32,000 nt of DNA from Propionibacteriaceae bacterium (GCA_031256725.1 JAIRQE010000025.1:30001-62000); one strand, 5' to 3'. Numbered from the stretch's first letter, positions 1 to 8,696 are shown. Translations and numbers: made by a program. The notes: a model not told the origin generated them from the sequence alone.

Positions 1-966
1 TGCAGGAACCATATCTTTGAGACCCTGCTGGTACTGGATGCCGACGAGCTCGGCCCCGAAGTCATCTGAGAGGCGTACAGCAGCGACGTACATCTTCATC
101 TGTTCCAAAACCTGGGCGGTGGTCAGGCATTCCTTTTCGTCGCCCTCGTCATCGATATGGAAGGTGAACCCCTTGGTGTCGAGCCAGGATTTCACGGCCT
201 GGGCTTCGGCATCGGTGACTGTACGCATTTCGGCGACGAGTGCTGACTGCGAGAGGCGCTCCTTGTAGATCCCGGTTGGATTCAGGAGTTCATCGTCGAT
301 GAGGGCGTTGTACATCCCCATGCAGTATTCGTCGAAGATAGCCATGATGACCTTATCGTTCTTCAACTGTGCAGCAAGTGCTTCACCGAGCTTCTTCTCC
401 TCAGAATCTGGGAGTTTCGGCAGGGGACGTACATGGGATTCATCATGGATGATCTCGCCTGTGGAAAGCCACTCAGCGAGCTTGGCCTTAGCCCAGTCAT
501 CAGTGAAGTCTTTGGACCACAGAGCTGAGTGCTTGGTACCCATCTTGGTCATCGACCCGGTCAGGTTCAGCAAACCGACGAGTCCTGGGAAGTCGCCCGC
601 GAAATTGGCGACAACAAGAATCGGCCCCTCATGGTCACGCAGGCCATGAAGAAGATGGTGGCTGTACTGCCAAACCGCTTCAACCACAACTAGTGGCGCA
701 TCCTTAGGAATGGAGCGGAAAACCTCCATTCCACGATGTTGGGAATCGATAAAGCCGTGACCCGTGGCAGGGTTCACCCCATGGGCGCGTTGTACGTCCC
801 AACCAAGTTCGCGAGCGGCTGCAGCAAATTGGGCTTCCACTTCCTGTTGCTTGGCCCAAGTTTTGACGTTTGTCGTCAATCTCAAGTCCCCGTTGGCCAC
901 CGTGTAAATCGTCTTCGGTTTTGCGGCGGGCCTGACAGTGAGCTTGGGGAAAGTGTATGTGGTCAT
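1..966 (-). CDS. L-fucose/L-arabinose isomerase-family sugar isomerase, N-terminal 322 codons (3' end lies beyond the window)
   Basis: Absent from the ORF track because it is open at the window edge. My reverse-strand translation from ATG at 966 reads MTTYTFPKLTVRPAAKPKTIYTVANGDLRL...PILVVANFAGDFPGLVGLLNLTGSMTKMG...AIFDEYCMGMYNALIDDE, with no stop through position 1. A GGAGAGA Shine-Dalgarno sits at 970-976 on the reverse strand. The + strand ORFs 17-649 are antisense to it. Family call is from recalled similarity and the FucU/sugar-ABC context. Confidence 0.6.
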   Translation of the reverse strand, partial: MTTYTFPKLTVRPAAKPKTIYTVANGDLRLTTNVKTWAKQQEVEAQFAAAARELGWDVQRAHGVNPATGHGFIDSQHRGMEVFRSIPKDAPLVVVEAVWQYSHHLLHGLRDHEGPILVVANFAGDFPGLVGLLNLTGSMTKMGTKHSALWSKDFTDDWAKAKLAEWLSTGEIIHDESHVRPLPKLPDSEEKKLGEALAAQLKNDKVIMAIFDEYCMGMYNALIDDELLNPTGIYKERLSQSALVAEMRTVTDAEAQAVKSWLDTKGFTFHIDDEGDEKECLTTAQVLEQMKMYVAAVRLSDDFGAELVGIQYQQGLKDMVPA

Positions 967-1017
967 TGTCTCTCCTTAGTCTGGAATCTGACTCACTACG
1001 TGGCTTCCATCCTGCCA

Positions 1018-1031
1018 TGAAATCGATTTCA
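1018..1031. promoter_or_regulatory. Perfect 14-bp palindrome TGAAATCGATTTCA, candidate LacI-family operator upstream of the isomerase gene
   Basis: The sequence is its own reverse complement. It lies 52 nt upstream of the isomerase ATG and is identical to the site at 6377-6390. It fits the LacI/CcpA-type TGnAAnCGnTTnCA operator pattern. Confidence 0.6.
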
Positions 1032-1171
1032 GCGCAAGAGGTTGCAGTTCACTTTTTCGGTAGATTTCCCCAGTTTTCGCTACAAACGGAGCACTCACGT
1101 GGTACATCTGAATACCCGGAACACATGTTAAAGGTAATCCTAGAATGACGAGGGTTAGGGAATAGTGATAT

Positions 1172-2164
1172 TCATGAGACGTCGGTACCAGGGTCTTCCA
1201 TGGCTATGGGGAGGGTGACTGTACGAGCATCAGATTCAAGACCGTTGATGCGCTCTATGAGCATGGCTGCTGCCGTGGTACCAATCAAACTATCGGGGAG
1301 GTAGGTGACGATGACCCCAGGCCAAGCGAACAGGGAATTAGGAGGACCACCAAAGGCAACCAACCCAACCTTGGGGGGCATGGTGTCCAACCGGTACAAG
1401 GCTCGCAAGGTGCCAGTCGCCAAACGGTTATTTCCCGCAAAGATGGCGTCGGGGGGATTATCAAGACTGAGGAGTTGCTGGGCTGCTCGCTCACCATCAC
1501 GGTCATCAACATAGCGAGCCCTCAACACTAATTCTGGATCAGGGTCCGTACCAGTGTGGTCGCGTACTGCCTTCATCCAGCCTTCCAAACGGGCTGTGGA
1601 GGTCTCAACTGTTTCAGGGCCAGTGATACAGCCAAGTCGGGTGTATCCAGCCTCAAAAAGGAGATGGGTGGCGGCAGTGGCGGCTGTGATGTTGTCAACG
1701 ACGACGGCATCAATCTCGTGGTGTGGGGCGTGACGGTCGACACAGACCATGGGTACCCCACGCTCGACAGCCCAGTCGAGTTCAGAATTAGCATTGGGTG
1801 CGATGATGATTCCGGCAACCTGCTCGCTGGTGGCGACCCGAAGGTACTCCTGCTCGCGTTCGGGATCCTCATCGGTGTTGCAGAGCATGACCGAGAAACC
1901 GGCTGCGCGGGCGACATCCTCAACGGCTCTGGTCATGTGGGTGAAGAAGGAGTTGGAAACATCAGGGACCATCATCGCGATGATTTCAGAGGAGTTGGTA
2001 CGCAGTCTGCGTGCATTGCGATTGGGGACGAATCCGAGTTCCTCGGCTGCGGCGCGTACTGCTTGTACCCTATCTGGGGTGACGGGTGTCTGACCGCCGT
2101 ACACCCGGGAAACCGTGGCAGGGGACACACCAGCACGCTTGGCAACATCGTAGATAGTGACCAT
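1172..2164 (-). CDS. LacI-family transcriptional regulator
   Basis: N-terminal HTH MVTIYDVAKRAGVSPATVSRV, followed by a periplasmic-binding-protein-like sugar-binding core. I place the start at the internal ATG 2164 (M33 of the listed ORF 1172..2260) because GAAAGGGG precedes it and LacI HTHs begin at residues 1-5. Confidence 0.85.
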   Translation of the reverse strand: MVTIYDVAKRAGVSPATVSRVYGGQTPVTPDRVQAVRAAAEELGFVPNRNARRLRTNSSEIIAMMVPDVSNSFFTHMTRAVEDVARAAGFSVMLCNTDEDPEREQEYLRVATSEQVAGIIIAPNANSELDWAVERGVPMVCVDRHAPHHEIDAVVVDNITAATAATHLLFEAGYTRLGCITGPETVETSTARLEGWMKAVRDHTGTDPDPELVLRARYVDDRDGERAAQQLLSLDNPPDAIFAGNNRLATGTLRALYRLDTMPPKVGLVAFGGPPNSLFAWPGVIVTYLPDSLIGTTAAAMLIERINGLESDARTVTLPIAMEDPGTDVS

Positions 2165-2198
2165 TGTTCCTGCCCCTTTCTCACCACTATATAGGTGT

Positions 2199-2224
2199 GG
2201 GGTGGGCCCGAGTGGACCCACCCC
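2199..2224 (-). terminator. GC-rich hairpin between the binding-protein gene and lacI (possible terminator or processing site, no U tract)
   Basis: GGGGTGGGCCC gagt GGACCCACCCC. This is an 11-bp stem with one mismatch, which becomes a G-U pair in the minus-strand RNA. No T run follows on the minus strand; AGTTTTGA follows on the plus strand. Confidence 0.3.
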
Positions 2225-2278
2225 AGTTTTGAGCCATCTGTGACCGTTCATGAGCATCATGAATCGGTCTAGATCAGA

Positions 2279-3256
2279 TCAGTCGTAAAGGACTGCGGCA
2301 ATATTTGGCTGGTCGATGTTTGTGGAGTCGTACCAGTAGAAGCCGGTGTCGATGAACGCAGGAAGCGTCTGACCGTTGATGGCGTCCACAGCAGCCTTGA
2401 TAACAGCCTTGCCCATGCCTACTGGATCCTGGGTGATGGCGCCATCCATGGTACCTGCGCGAACAGCGTCGGTCTGGGCCTTGCCAGAGTCGAAGCCGAC
2501 GAGCTTGATCTGGCCAGCTACGCCAGCTTCTTCAACACCCTTGAGTGCGCCAATAGCGGAGCCTTCGTTGGAACCGAAGATGCCGGTCAGATCTGGATTA
2601 GCGGTGATGATCGACTTGGCGATGTCAGCGGACTTTGCCTGGTCGCCTCCGCCGTACTGTGGCTCAAGAACTTCCACGTCTGGGCAGTACTCGGCCATAC
2701 CTTCGAGGAAGCCGTCGCGACGATCAGTACCAGACTTTGAAACCTGGTCGTGAACGATAACGCCAACCTTGCCCTTATTATCGAGCAGACGGCACATGTT
2801 CTCAGCAGCGTGCTTGGCAGCAGCCTTGTTGTCGGTGGCAGCTGTGGTCAGCGGGATATCGGAGTCGACACCGGAGTCGAAGGCGATAACCGGGATGCCA
2901 GCATCCTTGAACTTGGTCAGGGTCGCAGCAGCGGCCCTAGAGTCGAGGGCTGCGAAGCCGATAGCGGCTGGATTCTTTGCCAAAGCTGTGTCGAGCATAC
3001 CCATTTGCTGTTCGACTTCGGATTCGGAGGCCGGGCCAACGAACTCCATTTCGACGCCCATTTCGGCTGCCTGCTGCTCAGCACCAGACTTCACTGCTTG
3101 CCAGAACTGATGCTGGAAGCCCTTGGAGATGATCGAGATGAAAGGCTTGTCGGCTGTACCCGGATCTGTTGTGGGTTCGCCCTTATCGTCGCCTCCACAC
3201 GATGCCATAGCAAAGCACAGGGCCAGTGCGGCGAGTGCCGCGAATGTTTTCCGCAT
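2279..3256 (-). CDS. Sugar ABC transporter substrate-binding lipoprotein (ribose/monosaccharide PBP type I)
   Basis: Signal peptide with lipobox ...LCFAMASCGG. The remainder resembles RbsB-like periplasmic binding proteins (FISIISKGFQHQFWQAV..., GFDSG). Confidence 0.85.
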   Translation of the reverse strand: MRKTFAALAALALCFAMASCGGDDKGEPTTDPGTADKPFISIISKGFQHQFWQAVKSGAEQQAAEMGVEMEFVGPASESEVEQQMGMLDTALAKNPAAIGFAALDSRAAAATLTKFKDAGIPVIAFDSGVDSDIPLTTAATDNKAAAKHAAENMCRLLDNKGKVGVIVHDQVSKSGTDRRDGFLEGMAEYCPDVEVLEPQYGGGDQAKSADIAKSIITANPDLTGIFGSNEGSAIGALKGVEEAGVAGQIKLVGFDSGKAQTDAVRAGTMDGAITQDPVGMGKAVIKAAVDAINGQTLPAFIDTGFYWYDSTNIDQPNIAAVLYD

Positions 3257-3325
3257 TTTCTTCTCCTTTGTTGGGGTGCGGGGGTTGGACCCATCCAGTA
3301 GAGGACCTCTGAACTGGGTGGGTTG

Positions 3326-4366
3326 TTAGCGGGCTTTCGCCTGCTTGTTTCTTAGCTGGTCGATGAAAACAACGACCACAATGACCGTCCCGAGGACGAC
3401 GTTCTGCCACTGTTGTGGAAGCATAATAATTTGGAGCCCGTTGTTGATCACCGAGATGATCAGGGCGCCGATGAGGGTACCTATCACTGAGCCTTTACCG
3501 CCAGCCAGGGAGGTACCGCCGATCACTGTTGCCGCGATGGCCTGCATCTCATAGCCAGCTCCAGTGGCAGGTTGTGCTGAACCGAGTCGAGCGGAGATCA
3601 TGATGCCACCGAGTGCAGTGAAGGTACCAGCGGCTGCATAAATAAGGATGAGCCACTTTTTGACGTTGATCCCGGATAGGGCAGTAGCCTCCATATTGGA
3701 ACCAATGGACACATCGTAGCGACCCAGGATCGTCTTGTTGAACAGGATGTACGCCACTACCACGGCAAGAATCAGCACAAAGATGGCGTTCGGAAACCCC
3801 GATCCGGGAATGAGGTTCCCCGTCGAGATCCACATATAGGAGGCATGGTCGACCGGATCGAAATAGATTGGGGCCACATTGGAGACGACCAGGGCCAACC
3901 CCTGGCAGATCATCATCATGGCCAGGGTGGCGATGAAGGGTGGCAGACCAAGGATGGTGACCGCTGTGCCATTGATCAACCCGATGAAGGCACCGAAGGC
4001 CAAAGTCAGAAGGATACCCAACCACACCGGCAGCCCCCACCGTACCATGAAGGTAGCCGCCATGACCGCACATAGAGCCATACCTGTACCAACGCTCAAG
4101 TCGATGCCAGCCGAGACGATCACCAGGGTGGCGCCCATCGCGAGACATCCAATGACCACAGCGGAGAACAGGATGTTCATCACATTGGAGTAGGTCGCAA
4201 AGGTGGTGGGTGCAACGATGGAGAAAGCCAGGAAGATGATCAGCAAACCGGCAAAGGCCAACAACTGTTGGAGGCGCTGTTTCCAGATGCCCGCCTGTTT
4301 CTCTTCGGGGGTTACGACTGCGGTGGAATCCTGGATGGGATCGGGGTTCGCTGCAGAAAACATCAT
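3326..4366 (-). CDS. Sugar ABC transporter permease (RbsC/AraH family)
   Basis: Polytopic hydrophobic 346-aa protein with RbsC-like motifs (GIDLSVG, GGTSLAGGKGSVIGT). Its start overlaps the ATPase stop (4363-4366). Confidence 0.85.
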   Translation of the reverse strand: MMFSAANPDPIQDSTAVVTPEEKQAGIWKQRLQQLLAFAGLLIIFLAFSIVAPTTFATYSNVMNILFSAVVIGCLAMGATLVIVSAGIDLSVGTGMALCAVMAATFMVRWGLPVWLGILLTLAFGAFIGLINGTAVTILGLPPFIATLAMMMICQGLALVVSNVAPIYFDPVDHASYMWISTGNLIPGSGFPNAIFVLILAVVVAYILFNKTILGRYDVSIGSNMEATALSGINVKKWLILIYAAAGTFTALGGIMISARLGSAQPATGAGYEMQAIAATVIGGTSLAGGKGSVIGTLIGALIISVINNGLQIIMLPQQWQNVVLGTVIVVVVFIDQLRNKQAKAR

Positions 4367-5886
4367 GGTAGTTCCTTTTCAGAAAGGCGGGTCGTTGCAA
4401 GAGCCATGATGGACTCCTGGGTGGCTTCATCGGCCTGGAGGGTACCTGTGACATAGCCGTCGCTCATCACAACCACTCTGTGTGCCATCCGCAGGATCTC
4501 CGGGAGTTCCGAAGAGATCATGATGATGGACTTTCCTTGTTCGGCAAGGTGATTCAGGAGTTGATAGATCTCCTCTTTGGCGCCGACATCAATCCCTCGT
4601 GTGGGTTCATCGAAGATCAGCACATCGCAATCCTTGACCAGCCAACGGCCGATAATGGCCTTCTGCTGGTTCCCGCCGGAGAGGAACTTCACTTGCTGAG
4701 TCATGGAAGGGGTCTTGACTTTCAGCAGTTCGACCGCATCTTGGGCAGCTTGGCGGATGGCGCTCTTCTTCTCGAAGGGGCCGGTTGTGAACTTGTCTTG
4801 GATCGAGGAGATGGTCACATTGTGTGCCACATCCAGGTTGAGCATGAGGCCGTACTTCTTGCGATCCTCGGAGAGGTAACCGATCCCCATGCGCGCAGCC
4901 TGTGCCGGGTTGCTGATGGTGACAGTCGTACCTCGTAGGGTGATTTCTGCGCTTACATGTGGGTCTGCTCCGATGATTGCTCGCGCAGTTTCTGTACGCC
5001 CCGCACCCATGAGTCCAGCGAATCCCAGTACCTCGCCTTTATGGAGATCGAAGCTCACTTCATGGAGCGCGGATTTCGTGGTCAGGTTGCGTACTGAGAG
5101 GATCACTTCGCGATCATCGCGCACATTGACTGGTTTGGCTGAGGTGTCGATCGCACGACCAACCATGTGGGAGATAATTTCGTCGAGGGTCGAGGTGGCT
5201 GTATCGGTTGTGGTGATGTACTTCCCGTCGCGAATCACGGTGATTCGGTCTGTGATTGACTTGAGTTCCGGCATCCTATGGGTGATGTACACAACCCCAG
5301 TTTCGGGTGTCACGAATCGTCGAATGAGGGTGTGAAGTTGAGCAACCTCGGTTTCGTTGAGTGCGGAGGTGGGTTCATCCATGATCAGTACCTTGGCATC
5401 AAAGCTGAGTGCCTTAGCGATCTCGACCATCTGCTGCTTGGCGACCGTGAGGTTTGCGACTAGGGCTTTCGGATCGAGATCCATCTCAAGGCGTTCAAGG
5501 AGGTCACGGGTACGCGCTATCTGTTCACGTGGTTTCGTGAAGACCCCACCGCTCCTGGGTTCGCGGCCCAACCAGATGTTTTCGGCGACCGTGAGATGGG
5601 AGACGAGGTTGAGTTCCTGGTGGATGATGGACAGCCCACGCTTTTCGGCATCAAGAGGGGTACGTACTCGTAGCGGCTCCCCATCAAGGAAGAATTCGCC
5701 TTCCTGGTGGATGTAGATCCCAGTAAGAAGCTTCATGAGGGTTGACTTCCCGGCACCATTTTCACCAACGAGGCCGAGCACTTCACCATGTCGCAGGTCC
5801 AACCTCATTCCAGACAGCGCATTCACTCCAGGGAAGGACTTGTGGACATCTTCCACTTGGAGGAGCAGGGTGGGGTCGTATTCCAT
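4363..5886 (-). CDS. Sugar ABC transporter ATP-binding protein with two ATPase domains (RbsA/AraG type)
   Basis: Walker A GENGAGKST, a signature-like LSGGNQQK, and a degenerate second P-loop GLMGAGRTE. The 507-aa length is typical of CUT2 ATPases. Confidence 0.9.
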   Translation of the reverse strand: MEYDPTLLLQVEDVHKSFPGVNALSGMRLDLRHGEVLGLVGENGAGKSTLMKLLTGIYIHQEGEFFLDGEPLRVRTPLDAEKRGLSIIHQELNLVSHLTVAENIWLGREPRSGGVFTKPREQIARTRDLLERLEMDLDPKALVANLTVAKQQMVEIAKALSFDAKVLIMDEPTSALNETEVAQLHTLIRRFVTPETGVVYITHRMPELKSITDRITVIRDGKYITTTDTATSTLDEIISHMVGRAIDTSAKPVNVRDDREVILSVRNLTTKSALHEVSFDLHKGEVLGFAGLMGAGRTETARAIIGADPHVSAEITLRGTTVTISNPAQAARMGIGYLSEDRKKYGLMLNLDVAHNVTISSIQDKFTTGPFEKKSAIRQAAQDAVELLKVKTPSMTQQVKFLSGGNQQKAIIGRWLVKDCDVLIFDEPTRGIDVGAKEEIYQLLNHLAEQGKSIIMISSELPEILRMAHRVVVMSDGYVTGTLQADEATQESIMALATTRLSEKELP

Positions 5887-5894
5887 AGCTGATC

Positions 5895-6365
5895 CTAGGT
5901 TGTGAGAACGGGGGTTACCCCTTTGAAGAAGAGTGCATTTCCGTAGATCCGTGTTTCTCCGGTACGGATGATGAGCTCTGCTTGGGCGGCCCGGTCGTAG
6001 AAGGCTTGACGGTCGAGTAGGCGTACGTGAGCCGCAGTTGAGTTTGCCGGCTTCTCACCTGTGGAGATGGTCGGGGAGTCTAGGAGGGCCACATCAACGA
6101 GTTCTGTTTGTACCTCTAGAAGCTGGTCTCCTGGGCATTCCATGAGGCCAAGCTGGTAGGGCTCGTACTCATCGGGTACGAAAACGGAGCGAATAGCTTG
6201 AAGTACTCGCGGTGTGGATAGTCCAGGCATCTCAATGACTGGGTTTTTGGCGAGTTTCTTGGCGGTGAAGTGGGCATCCGCGATGACTACTGCGTCACCA
6301 TGACCCATGTCATCAAGAGCCTTGAGTAGGACTCCCGTCAGAATCGCATCGACTCCTACAAGCAC
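5895..6365 (-). CDS. RbsD/FucU-family sugar mutarotase (L-fucose mutarotase / D-ribose pyranase-like)
   Basis: LLKALDDMGHGDAVVIADAHF matches the FucU/RbsD MGHGD...D..FP motif. I move the start to GTG 6365 (MLVGVDAILTG...). It is preceded by AAGGAGGA (6371-6378), and the longer listed ORF (to 6422) would read through the operator palindrome and the promoter. Confidence 0.75.
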   Translation of the reverse strand: MLVGVDAILTGVLLKALDDMGHGDAVVIADAHFTAKKLAKNPVIEMPGLSTPRVLQAIRSVFVPDEYEPYQLGLMECPGDQLLEVQTELVDVALLDSPTISTGEKPANSTAAHVRLLDRQAFYDRAAQAELIIRTGETRIYGNALFFKGVTPVLTT

Positions 6366-6376
6366 GCTATCCTCCT

Positions 6377-6390
6377 TGAAATCGATTTCA
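6377..6390. promoter_or_regulatory. Second perfect copy of TGAAATCGATTTCA, candidate LacI operator of the transporter operon
   Basis: Identical to 1018-1031. It lies between a candidate -10 element and the SD of the FucU-like gene. Confidence 0.6.
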
Positions 6391-6393
6391 ACG

Positions 6394-6422
6394 AGCCTAT
6401 TAAGCCTGGACCGAGTTGTCAA
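6394..6422 (-). promoter_or_regulatory. Candidate promoter of the FucU-ABC-lacI operon
   Basis: The reverse strand reads TTGACA (6417-6422), a 17-nt spacer, then TAGGCT (6394-6399). It sits immediately upstream of the operator. Confidence 0.45.
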
Positions 6423-6744
6423 CTGGTGTTACCGAATCGTTATCCCTGACGGGGATGATGGTGAGAAAACTATGGAAACTAACCATCATCATTTGTAGTG
6501 GGCTATTCCTACTTTGTTCTGCATACTCAAGTCGACTTCCGTAGCTGGGTAGCCTCAGGATTCCGAAACCAAGCTGACGGCCTCCACTAGTTCACAACAT
6601 CACCTCGAACTCGTGGCTCGGCGGATGGTTTGAGAAGTTAGACCTCATGTAGCGTCGATTTTGGTGTACAAAGTTCGCAATCCCCGCACGAGCGTACCCA
6701 AGAGGTCGCTGATGTACTGGTGGGGTAAGCGCGGGGAAATGTAC

Positions 6745-6855
6745 GGAGGGGGTGGTGTATATCTATTATGGACATTCCCGCAGTTGTTCCCCCACAGGGA
6801 AACAATTCCTCCGTTCGGGGATACTGTCCACAACAGATATACCTCCACCCCCTCC
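6745..6855. repeat. Long imperfect inverted repeat (about 29-bp arms, about 52-nt spacer with an internal hairpin)
   Basis: Left arm GGAGGGGGTGGTGTATATCTATTATGGAC (6745-6773). Right arm GTCCACAACAGATATACCTCCACCCCCTCC (6826-6855). The spacer contains TTGTTCCC ccaca GGGAAACAA. Confidence 0.6.
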
Positions 6856-6926
6856 TTGATTGCGTCTGAATGCTGCGTTGGGAAATGTGCTGAGTTGAGA
6901 ATGTGAATCGAGAGATGTTCACCCAC
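6833..6926 (+). repeat. Dispersed intergenic repeat family, longest copy (A1)
   Basis: ACAGATATACCTCCACCCCCTCCTTGATTGCGTCTGAATGCTGCGTTGGGAAATGTGCTGAG...TCGAGAGATGTTCACCCAC. Related copies lie at 7866-7917 and 24880-24960 (reverse), and the core recurs at 6745-6773 (reverse). Confidence 0.6.
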
Positions 6927-6992
6927 ATGGCCTGGCTATCTAAATATTGCTATGGGCATTGATCTTGATCTGGTGGGCACTATTCTTGGATT

Positions 6993-7865
6993 ATGGTGTT
7001 GTTTGAAATATCTTGGGAGTGGCCGGAGACTTTGATTATGGTGGTGGCCACTATCGGGATCGCCATTGTGCTCCATGTGATTGTCGTACAACTGATCAAA
7101 AGGGTCACACGGCGAGTATCGAAGATGGCTTCACAACCTGAGGGATCTCTCGCCCATAATGTTGCTAGTGCTCTGGGGTCGGCATCAGGGGCCAAGCCCG
7201 GTCGTACTGTCGTACACATGACAGCACTTGCCCACCTGCTCAAATCAGTGTGGACAATTGTCCTGGTCATCGTGGTTATTCTGACTGTGTTATCGACCCT
7301 TGGGGTGCCACTGAGCCCCATTCTTGCCTCGGCAGGTATTGGTGGTATTGTCCTCGCATTCGGTGCCCAGTCGTTGATCAAGGACTACCTCTCAGGGATC
7401 TCAATGATCCTTGAAGATCAGTACGGTGTCGGCGACCAAATCGACGTGGGTGAGGTCACGGGTACCGTTGATGCCATCACCTTGCGTATCACCAAGATCC
7501 ATGACCAATCCGGGACGATCTGGTACATCCGTAATGGGCAGATCATGAGAGTCGGCAACATCTCCCAGGGGTACTCCACGGGTCTGATAGATGTACCTGT
7601 GTCCTATGATGCTGATGTGACAGTCGTGACTGAGGTACTCACCAAGGTCGTGGAGGAGGTCTCCCAGGACCCCACGATCACTGAGAAACTCATCAAACCC
7701 CCGCAGTTGCTTGGTGTCGAGTCGATCACCCCTACCACGATGACTATGCGCATCCTTATCAAGACTGCCCCCAACCAACAGCATGGCCCTTCACGGGATA
7801 TCCGGGAACGAGCCATGGCCGCCTTAGCCGCAGCCGGAATCCCCTCCCCAATGACCCAGCTCTAG
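6993..7865 (+). CDS. Mechanosensitive ion channel, MscS family
   Basis: LIKDYLSGISMILEDQYGVGDQIDVGEVTGTVDAITLRITKIHDQSGTIWYIRNG is the MscS TM3/beta-domain signature. An alternative start at ATG 7038 has a better SD (GGAG). Confidence 0.85.
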   Translation: MVLFEISWEWPETLIMVVATIGIAIVLHVIVVQLIKRVTRRVSKMASQPEGSLAHNVASALGSASGAKPGRTVVHMTALAHLLKSVWTIVLVIVVILTVLSTLGVPLSPILASAGIGGIVLAFGAQSLIKDYLSGISMILEDQYGVGDQIDVGEVTGTVDAITLRITKIHDQSGTIWYIRNGQIMRVGNISQGYSTGLIDVPVSYDADVTVVTEVLTKVVEEVSQDPTITEKLIKPPQLLGVESITPTTMTMRILIKTAPNQQHGPSRDIRERAMAALAAAGIPSPMTQL

Positions 7866-7917
7866 CCACCCCCTCCTTGATTGCTCATGGACTGCTGAGT
7901 CGAGAGATGTTCGCACC
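7866..7917 (+). repeat. Dispersed repeat family, shortened copy (A2) abutting the mscS stop codon
   Basis: CCACCCCCTCCTTGATTGC (7866-7884) matches 6845-6863 at 19 of 19 positions. It is followed by GCTGAG-TCGAGAGATGTTCGCACC, which matches the tail of A1 with internal deletions. Confidence 0.6.
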
Positions 7918-8015
7918 AGCACATCAACCGATAGAAAAGCGGAGTTTCGGAATCCAGAACTACTGGACCATCGCGACTGACGACAATGCAGTTCGGTCTT
8001 GGTTCAGTCAGTGAA

Positions 8016-8696
8016 TTATGAGGTGAATTTCTGACGCGGGGTATGAGATACAGTCCCCAGCAGAATATCCCTTAACTCGGCCACAGTGTCCACGAGAATC
8101 GTTGGCCCAGCATCGACTAACTCCTCGCGTACCCCTGCACCCCAGGTTACGGCGATGGAATCCATTCCAGCCGCTTGGGCTGCCTGTACATCTACGAGAG
8201 CATCCCCTATATAGACGGTCTCCTCGACGGGGCACTCGAGCTTCTTAGCAGCCAACAATAGGGGAGCAGGATGAGGCTTGTGATCTACAACATCATCATG
8301 GGTGACCAGCAAGGGTACGACCCCCTCAAGGCCAACGACCTCAAGGGTTTCTTGGGCGGATCTGAATCTTTTTGAGGATGCGATGCCCGTTTGTACCTTG
8401 AATTCATGGAGTTCAGTCAAGAGTTCCGGAATCCCAGGGTAGGGGTCAGCCATGGTCGCCAGATGGGCTTGGTTCCATTCAATGTAGGCCGCGAAGAGAT
8501 CCTCACCCTTGTCAGGGCAGGTATTGGTCAAGGATTCGCGCAGGGACTTCCCAATCCAGGAACGGATCTCAGCCTCAGGGTATTCATGACCCAAGACAGT
8601 ACGGAAGGCGTACTGATACGAGGAAACAATGAGGTCGATGGTATTGATCAGGGTTCCATCAAGGTCAAAGATGACTGTGTGCCATCGTGGAGTCAC
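8016..8696 (-). CDS. HAD-superfamily hydrolase (phosphoglycolate phosphatase/PGMB-like subfamily IA)
   Basis: Motif I VIFDLDGTLINT and motif IV YIGDALVDVQAA. I place the start at GTG 8696, preceded by GGAAGG. The listed ORF extends to a GTG at 8744. Confidence 0.8.
   Translation of the reverse strand: MTPRWHTVIFDLDGTLINTIDLIVSSYQYAFRTVLGHEYPEAEIRSWIGKSLRESLTNTCPDKGEDLFAAYIEWNQAHLATMADPYPGIPELLTELHEFKVQTGIASSKRFRSAQETLEVVGLEGVVPLLVTHDDVVDHKPHPAPLLLAAKKLECPVEETVYIGDALVDVQAAQAAGMDSIAVTWGAGVREELVDAGPTILVDTVAELRDILLGTVSHTPRQKFTS

Noticed and set aside
17-649. Plus-strand ORFs 17..268 and 299..649 at the left edge
   Set aside because: They are antisense to a continuous 322-codon reverse-strand frame with a recognisable isomerase-like translation, an SD and an ATG at 966. 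Their compositions (Ser/Ala/Arg/Trp-rich) look like off-strand artefacts of GC-rich coding DNA.
3549-4454. 301-aa minus-strand ORF overlapping the permease and ATPase genes
   Set aside because: It is out of frame with the well-supported RbsC-like permease. Its Arg/His/Cys/Trp/Pro-rich translation has no membrane or domain features.
6638-6928. Three overlapping ~80-96-aa ORFs on both strands in the fucU-mscS intergenic region
   Set aside because: They run straight through the long inverted repeat and the dispersed repeat copy. They have no SD and mirror each other on both strands, as expected for palindromic non-coding DNA.
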